Below are positions 54,524 through 61,200 of a DNA stretch of 64,000 nt, one piece after another. The stretch is from Candidatus Omnitrophota bacterium (GTDB lineage Bacteria > Omnitrophota > Gorgyraeia > Zapsychrales > Zapsychraceae): the NCBI GenBank assembly GCA_020632495.1, contig JACKFL010000006.1:780032-844031 (forward strand), given 5' to 3'. The number at the start of each line of letters is the position of its first letter. Position 1 is the stretch's first letter. A program made the position numbers and the translations under genes. The notes beneath the pieces were generated by a model. It saw nothing but the letters and a program-made list of their open reading frames with translations. It was not told the DNA's origin and did not search any database.

Positions 54524-55422
54524 CGTGCCTGCTCTCTTCCTGCCTCCCGTCGGGCCTCCGACAGCAAGCGATCCAGTATCAATCGGTAATCCGGTTGTAA
54601 CGGGCCCCGGCCCTCAATGTGTTCGGCGATGCAGATCAGAGTTTCGACCTGATCAAGGTATGTCAATGCCCGATCATTGACGCTCTTGGCCGCGACAGCA
54701 AAGGCGCGGTCGTATTGTTTGATCTTGGCGAAATGACAGGCCAAATCCCGAGCCTCATAGACCTTCTTCAGATTCAGGCGTTCGATGTGCCCGTAGGCAC
54801 GTTCGAACTCTCCCAGCTGAGTGTATTGATACAACAGATCGTGGACACACGGAAAGTCCTCCGCGGAGTCCACCAGGGACATGGCCTGATCATAGAGCCG
54901 GAGCATTTCTTCGCCGTCCCTGTCCTTCATTTCCCGGGTACGGAAGTAAATCTCCTTGCCAATCCCATAGGACACGTTCGGATCTGACGATCCTTTGGCA
55001 TCCTCGGGGTGCGGGATTTTATTCTTGCTGATTTTAAACCCGCTGCAAGGGTAAGGACGTCTCGCTGAATAACTGTCGGCTTCGGTGGCGCGATCAAGCC
55101 GGCGCTTCCAGACCATGTCCCATATCAGGAGAAACTGGCGGTAGGCTCCGGCTCTCCGATACGCCCGGGAAATCATGGCCAGCAGCCGGTCGTGTTCCGT
55201 GTGACGATCGTAACCGGAAAGCAAGATCAGTGCCGCGTAATCCAGGATTTGAACGGACGGGTTACAACATGACGTCGGCGTAAATGTCGAAAACAATTTA
55301 TAGTTGAGGCTTTTTTGAGGATCGAATCGATTGACGGCGCGATATGAATTGTACATGACGAACAAAGAAACCGTGATTATGATGGCGATAAGAAGGTAGA
55401 TTTGATTTGAAACGCGCTTCAT
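54520..55422 (-). CDS. N-terminally anchored helical protein, tandem paralog B (unknown family)
   Basis: TM IYLLIAIIITVSLFVMY. Blocks VQILDYAALIL, MISRAYRRAGA, GEEMLRLYDQAM, RDLACHFA, TLICIAEHI, PLQPDYRLILDRLLSEARR. 4-nt overlap with paralog A. Confidence 0.6.
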   Translation of the reverse strand: MKRVSNQIYLLIAIIITVSLFVMYNSYRAVNRFDPQKSLNYKLFSTFTPTSCCNPSVQILDYAALILLSGYDRHTEHDRLLAMISRAYRRAGAYRQFLLIWDMVWKRRLDRATEADSYSARRPYPCSGFKISKNKIPHPEDAKGSSDPNVSYGIGKEIYFRTREMKDRDGEEMLRLYDQAMSLVDSAEDFPCVHDLLYQYTQLGEFERAYGHIERLNLKKVYEARDLACHFAKIKQYDRAFAVAAKSVNDRALTYLDQVETLICIAEHIEGRGPLQPDYRLILDRLLSEARREAGREQAR

Positions 55423-55446
55423 CAGTGCTCCGGTATTGCTTTTACT

Positions 55447-55836
55447 TCAATCGTTGCCGTGTAAACGGTCGATCGCCCGGCGGTCTTTTTTGGTGGGGCG
55501 GCCTTCGCCTTTGGGGCGGCGGGGGGTCCAGGAGGACTTGACCTCCTTCAGCTGCTTGAGGTCATCTTCCTGCGTCAGGTCTTCCCGGCATTCCGCGGCG
55601 ATCTTGGCGCCGACGCGTTTGTCGATACACTTGAGAACCTTGTACTGCCAGTCGATACCGTCGCGTTTGACGGTAATGAGATTTCCTTCCCGGATCTCGC
55701 GCGAGGGTTTGGCGTTCTGTCCGTCCACGCTCACCCGCTGGCGTTTGCAGAGGTCCGTGGCCGCGGCGCGCGTCTTGCAAATCCGCACCGCCCACAACCA
55801 TTTATCCAATCGTGTTTTTCCGGCGTCAGTGTCCAT
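55447..55836 (-). CDS. hslR: S4-domain RNA-binding heat-shock protein 15-like
   Basis: TRLDKWLWAVRICKTRAAATDLCKRQRVSVDGQNAKPSREIREGNLITV...RPTKKDRRAIDRL, collinear with E. coli Hsp15. Confidence 0.8.
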   Translation of the reverse strand: MDTDAGKTRLDKWLWAVRICKTRAAATDLCKRQRVSVDGQNAKPSREIREGNLITVKRDGIDWQYKVLKCIDKRVGAKIAAECREDLTQEDDLKQLKEVKSSWTPRRPKGEGRPTKKDRRAIDRLHGND

Positions 55837-55845
55837 AAAGTGTTT

Positions 55846-56015
55846 GGAATATCGAATATCGAAATCCGAAGGAAATCAGAAGCATCGAATTTCAAATTAC
55901 CGAAACGGCCGGACGAGAATTCCTGGGATGCGGCGCGCAGCCTGGCAAATTTGGTCCTTTGATCACTAGGTGATTCGATATTCCTTCGATATTCGAAGAT
56001 TCGATATTCGGATTT
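55846..56015. repeat. Array of TTCGATATTC / GAATATCGAA 10-mers flanking a GC-rich 95-bp core in the rsmJ-hslR intergenic region
   Basis: Left: GGAATATCGAATATCGAAATCCGAAGGAA (55846..55874). Right: GATTCGATATTCCTTCGATATTCGAAGATTCGATATTCGGATTT (55972..56015), with three direct copies of TTCGATATTC. The 9-mer AAATCCGAA / TTCGGATTT is also inverted. Confidence 0.7.
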
Positions 56016-56021
56016 AATACG

Positions 56022-56705
56022 CTACTTCAAAGCGTCATAAGTCATGCGCTTATAAATTTCAAACCGATGATTCGGCGTTTCAACGATCCCGTCCGGCTTC
56101 TGCGGGATGATAAATGCCGCTGTCGCCGGGCGTTTGATAACCACGCGTTCGGCGGCGAGTGCCATCGCCTGCTCGAACAAGGCTACACTCAGGTCTTCAT
56201 CCCCGGCCAGGGCGCGCAGCACCTGCAGCTCTTTTTTCACCGCGGCTGATTTTTTGCGGGCCGGGTACATCGGATCGATGTACACCGTCTGCGCAGCAAA
56301 CGGCAACGGCGCGTCGCTATCCTGCAGACTCAAGCGCTCCGTCACCCAAGAACCAATTTCCGTATCTTCTTGGGCCCGCCGCAGCCCGTCGGCCAGTAAC
56401 TCGCGCACCGCCGGGCATTTTTCCAGCATGTGCACGCGGCAGCCCAGCGCCGCCAGGACAAAGGCGTCCCGTCCGAAGCCCGCGGTGTGGTCCAGCACGG
56501 TGGGCAGTGCGCGGCCCTTTTTGATCCCCACCGCCTTGGCGATCGCCTGTGTCCGTCCTCCCCCCTTGCGAATCCGGTACAACAGCGTCGGATCGGTAAA
56601 GTCGACGGCGTGCTCCGACAGCCCGGAGCCAGGCGCAAACCGGACGGTCAGACGGCCGTCGCTATCGATGATGTGAAAGTCCTTGTCGCTGAGCATAGGC
56701 ATCAT
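56022..56705 (-). CDS. rsmJ: 16S rRNA (guanine1516-N2)-methyltransferase RsmJ-like SAM methyltransferase
   Basis: AIAKAVGIKKGRALPTVLDHTAGFGRDAFVLAALGCRVHMLEKCPAV...VYIDPMYPARKKSAAVKKELQVLRAL...VVIKRP...HRFEIY, collinear with E. coli RsmJ. Confidence 0.8.
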   Translation of the reverse strand: MMPMLSDKDFHIIDSDGRLTVRFAPGSGLSEHAVDFTDPTLLYRIRKGGGRTQAIAKAVGIKKGRALPTVLDHTAGFGRDAFVLAALGCRVHMLEKCPAVRELLADGLRRAQEDTEIGSWVTERLSLQDSDAPLPFAAQTVYIDPMYPARKKSAAVKKELQVLRALAGDEDLSVALFEQAMALAAERVVIKRPATAAFIIPQKPDGIVETPNHRFEIYKRMTYDALK

Positions 56706-56742
56706 TATAGGTGTCCCGGTGAGGTGTGTAAAGGATGGCCGG

Positions 56743-58008
56743 TCAGCGCGTATTGCGGACCAGCGGTTCGTTGTATTCGCCGGTGACGTAGGGAAGGTTT
56801 TCGAGAAGCTGGCGGCGGCCGGCGTTGCTGACCGGTGTGTTTTTTAGCCCGAGTTTCTTCAGTTGCGGCAGGGTGTTGAGCTTTTCCACGCCGAGATCGG
56901 TCACGGCCGTGTGGCTGAGCGAGAGCGTTTCCAGCAGGCGCAATCCCCTGAGTTCCGTAAGACCGGCGTCCGTAATATTGGTTTGCGCCAGGTTCAACCA
57001 TGTGAGGGTGCCCAGCCGTCCGATGTGCACCAGGCCGACGTCCTCCAGCGGGGTGTAGCTGACGTCCAGCTCCTTCAGGCGGGCCATGTCCCGCAGCGCG
57101 GCCAGCCCGCTGCCGGTGATGTCGGTGCCGTGCAGTTTCAGGGTCTCCAGTTCCGTTAACCCGGCCAGCGGTCGCAGGCCCTGATCCGTGATCGACGTGT
57201 AGCGCAGATCGAGGTGCCTTAAATGGGTCATCCCAGACAAAACACCGAGTCCGTGGTCGGTGATGCCGGTGCGAAACAGGCTGAGGTCCTCCAGCCGGAC
57301 CAATCCGGAAAGCACGGCCGCGTCTTCGTCCTTGAATTTCCGGCAATCGGCCAGGGATAGCGAGCGCAGATTGCTGAGGCCGCCCAGTTTTCTCCAGTCG
57401 TCCAGCCGGGCTGAATCGAGCGACAGTTTCTGTACCGGAAGATCGGCCAGGGCCTGCAGGCCCTCGCCGCTCAGGATCACGTCCTCCATGCTCAGGGCCG
57501 AGAGTTTGGTCAGGCCGGAGAGCGCTCGCAGTCCGTCGTCGGTGAGCCCGGTCATCCCGGAGAGATTCAGATTTGTCAGGCCGGTAAGGGTGCCGATGTG
57601 GCGCAGGCCTTCGCCTGTAAAGTGCGAACCGCTGAGGTCCACCGCGGTCAGTTCCGGCAAGTCATTTAATGCCGCCAATCCCGAGTCGGAGATATCCTGC
57701 GATTCGATGATCACGGTATCGAGATGATGCAGATTCCGAAGGAGCTTAAGTCCGGCATCCCCACCGTGGTAACCGCGCCGGTCGGAAAACTCGACAACGG
57801 TCCGGTCGGCTCCGTAGGACCCGTATTCGACGTAGGCGCCCAGGGCCTCCAGGGCCACCACCGCTTCCAGGTGCGCGCGCGGCAGCACGCCGTTGCCGGC
57901 CACCCGCCGGGCCTCTCCCGTTGGGACCTCGGCAATCACTGAGGCCACGGCCGCGCACCAAATGCCTGCCACCGTAAGTCCGATCTTCCAATATCGTTCG
58001 GGCCTCAT
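56743..58008 (-). CDS. Secreted leucine-rich repeat protein (about 24-aa RNI-like LRRs)
   Basis: Signal/anchor MRPERYWKIGLTVAGIWCAAVASVIA. At least 13 repeats of the form L..L..L..LDLS.T.ITD.GL..L (e.g. LTHLRHLDLRYTSITDQGLRPLAG). Confidence 0.85.
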   Translation of the reverse strand: MRPERYWKIGLTVAGIWCAAVASVIAEVPTGEARRVAGNGVLPRAHLEAVVALEALGAYVEYGSYGADRTVVEFSDRRGYHGGDAGLKLLRNLHHLDTVIIESQDISDSGLAALNDLPELTAVDLSGSHFTGEGLRHIGTLTGLTNLNLSGMTGLTDDGLRALSGLTKLSALSMEDVILSGEGLQALADLPVQKLSLDSARLDDWRKLGGLSNLRSLSLADCRKFKDEDAAVLSGLVRLEDLSLFRTGITDHGLGVLSGMTHLRHLDLRYTSITDQGLRPLAGLTELETLKLHGTDITGSGLAALRDMARLKELDVSYTPLEDVGLVHIGRLGTLTWLNLAQTNITDAGLTELRGLRLLETLSLSHTAVTDLGVEKLNTLPQLKKLGLKNTPVSNAGRRQLLENLPYVTGEYNEPLVRNTR

Positions 58009-58234
58009 ACCAAGAACCTCGCGGCGCTCTGTTTTGTGATACCGTCACCGGCGGTCGTCAGCGTTTTTTTCGGGAGTGAATCGTCGGGGCGGCGGCTGGT
58101 GACGGGAACGCTGCCTGATGGGCTGCGGTCAACGGCCGGAATCATTGGGTTGGTGGATATATGAGCCATATCGGGCAAGAGATCAATGCGCGACATTTGT
58201 TCAGGTCGACGTGATGATCTGCTGTTACCCTGTC

Positions 58235-58263
58235 AGTATAAGGGGCGTGCCGGAGCACGTCAA
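58235..58263 (-). promoter_or_regulatory. Candidate sigma-70 promoter TTGACG-N17-TATACT for the LRR gene
   Basis: On the - strand, 17 nt after the giant-gene stop. Same hexamers and spacing as the promoter at 63880..63908. Leaves an about 220-nt leader before the ATG at 58008. Confidence 0.45.
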
Positions 58264-58279
58264 GAAGCGGTTGACCTAT

Positions 58280-61200
58280 TTACAGGTTCAACAGCGCCGG
58301 GCCGGTGGTCAGCGGTGTGATTTTGATTATGAGCGGAGTGAAACCGCCGATGTTCATATTTTCAATCGGTTGCTGCTGAACCGGCAACGGAATTCCGGTG
58401 CCGTCGCGCTTGATCTGCAGATCGAGCAGTCCGGCGTCGAGATCGATACCACCGACCGGCACGTCCGGTTGCAGGGCGCGGTCGATCGCCAGCAAGGCCG
58501 CGTCACCGAGTCTGAGGTCTGCGCCCAGCGGCTGGCGGATGTCGACTTGAGGATTTTCATCGAGGATGATGACATCCTGCTGCCGGCGGAACGGCAGAAA
58601 TCCCGTCCCGGTGCGCGTGATCCGGCCGGAGCGGATGATGATCTGACGTCCGGATACAAAAGCCACCAGTGATGACTGCCCCTCGGTCTCGGGTTGCACC
58701 AGAATGTAAGGCGTGACGATGGTGGACTCCGGACCGGCCAGCGCCACTCCCTGCTGAATGGGCCGCAGCGGAAAGCGCCGCGCGAAACTCGGCAGGACCT
58801 GTTGCAGCGAGTACATCGCGCCGACGGCATAGCGCAGGTCGCTTTCGAGCCGGCGCATGGTGCGGACCATGTCCGCGTCGAACAAACGCTGCAAGACAGT
58901 GTCCACCGCGGTCGCCTCTCTGGGACTGAAACGCCGGTAGAAATACCCTTTCAGTTTTTGCAGCATGGCCGGGCTGTTTTTAAACTTCAGCGTCAGCGCG
59001 CGCATCCGTTCACCGGTGCGCTGGCGGGTGACTGTCCCGACGGTAATATCCAGGTATTGTGAGAGGACCGGATTGATTTCCTGCAAGGTGCCCAGGATGA
59101 CGTCGCGCAGAAACTCCCTTCTTTCAGCGCGCCGCTCGGGAATGTTGATTTCAGGTCCGGCCATGAGCACAAGATTCGCGTCCTCCCCCTCGCCCTGGAC
59201 CGGGAACAACTGGCTTTGGGTAAGCATTTCATTGAGATACACCAATCCCTGTTCACCGTAGCGGCTCAGTTTTTCCTGCAGGCCGGCCAGCAGAGAACGG
59301 CGTTGCGCATTTGCCGCCGGTAGGATCATTTGCGGCAACGGGGCTGCCTCAGCCACACGGTCTTCACTTAAGTCCGGTTGTTGCAGGTGCAGAAGCTGAT
59401 GCCGGGCGAGCTGCGTCCGGTGTTCGCGGCTTTGCGCCAGGATGGCGGACAGCGCGGCCGGATCGAGATACAATGCCCCGTCGAGAACACCCGGATGCAT
59501 GATCACCTCCAGGCTGGCGTCGAGATTGTTGGCGTAGGCCAGTTCGTTCACCGTGTCCATCAGGCCGGGCAGAATAAAAATAGGGACGCCGGCCTGCGCC
59601 AGGATGCCTTCCGGATCGAGCCGCGCGTAACGGGAAGTGCCGGGTTCGATCTCCGTTTGCAGGGACAGAAACTCCGCCGTCTCCAGAGTGGCCCGGATAT
59701 CGTAGACGGCGGCGTTGATCAGTTCTTCCTGCGGTACGGTGATGCCCTGGCGGATACGCGGCAGCGACGGGGCCGTTACCCCGGCGGTCTCTGCCACGGA
59801 GGGGCTGTCCAGGCTGGGGACAGGCGCCTGTGAATCGATTTCCTCCGCGCTGCTGTCCGGCTGCGCCGCGCGCCGGTTCAGACGCTCACTCTGGGCACTG
59901 CGGAACTGGCGGCCCTGGCCCGCGATGATCTCGACGGCGGAAGGATCAAAATAGAGATTGCCCCGCAGCGTTGCCGGTTGCAGCAGATACTCGAGCGGAA
60001 TGTCCAGGTTGCGTTCGGCGGCGAGCTGCTGGACGCGTTCGGTGAGCCCCGCCAGTTGAAAGATGGTTATGTTGCGGGCGGCCAGCGTTCCGTCCGGATC
60101 CAGGCGCCGGTAGATGGCGCTGTTAGGATCGATGCGCTGTTGCCGGAGAATAGTCTGGGCGGCATCGTCGAGTTCAAGCAGGGCGATCTGCATCAGTTCC
60201 TGATACACGTCCGGAAGGTATTCTCCCTCCAACCCGCGAAGCCGGTCGAGCGCCTTGGGGATGAACAGCGAAGCCTCCTCCAGCTGCGGCAGCGGGACGA
60301 TACGCGCCACATCGGCGTACTCGAGTTCTCCGGCGCGGATCAGTTCCCGCACATTGACCTGCAGCATGTGGTGCGCGGCCAGTTCCTGGCGGTAGCTGTA
60401 ACTCTGACTGGCAAAGACGTCCAGCGCCAAGGGATCGACGTATAAGCGGCCGCCGGAGCGCGCCGGCTGGATGAGGTCCTCCAGCGACATCTCAACACCC
60501 AGTTCGTCGGCCACGGCCAACGTCGTTTTGATCAGGTCAGGGACGACGAAGACATCCACCCGGCCGTTGCGCAGGATGCCGCTCGGGTCGATGTCGGCGT
60601 AACGCTCCGAATCCGGTGACAGGTAATTCGATCCATATGCCTCCAGACCGAATTGCGCGTCGAGGCGTTCGATCGCCTGATTGACGACGGCCTGCGGCGC
60701 CACGGTCACGGCGGCCGGCGGACGAACGCCGTCGCCGAGGTTCAACTGTTGCGGATTGCGCAGGCGGGGCAGCGGCGCGATGGCGTTGATTTGCGACTCA
60801 CTCAGCTCGGGGCGCCGGACGTGCGCCAAATGGTGACGTACCAGTGCCGCCCGGTACTCCGGCGGCTGGCTGGAGATGATATCAATAGCTTGAGGGGAAA
60901 AGTACAGGGCCTTGCCGACGATGCCCGGATGCAGCAGCATGTCCGGTCCCAGCTGTACCCCCTGCTCTTCGGCGATGCGTAAGACGCCTTGCAGCAGGTT
61001 ATCAACGACGTAAACCTTCACCCCCGCATAAGCGAGGTCTCCGCGCGGGTCAAGAATTTGAAACTGCTCATCCGTCGGTGCGATCTCCACCGGATCGGCC
61101 GCCAGGGCGGCCAGCTCATTGAGGCTGCCGGATGTGGGCAGTCGGTTGCTCAGATCGCGCCAGTATGTGTCGCGGCTCAGTTCCTGAAGCGTGGTGACGT

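Noticed and set aside
55846-56015. The hslR-upstream repeats read as a eukaryote-style heat-shock element or as a plain terminator hairpin for rsmJ.
   Set aside because: GAA/TTC units are not at the 5-bp alternating spacing of an HSE. The complementary blocks are ordered A-B...A'-B', so they cannot form a single nested stem. There is no U-run.
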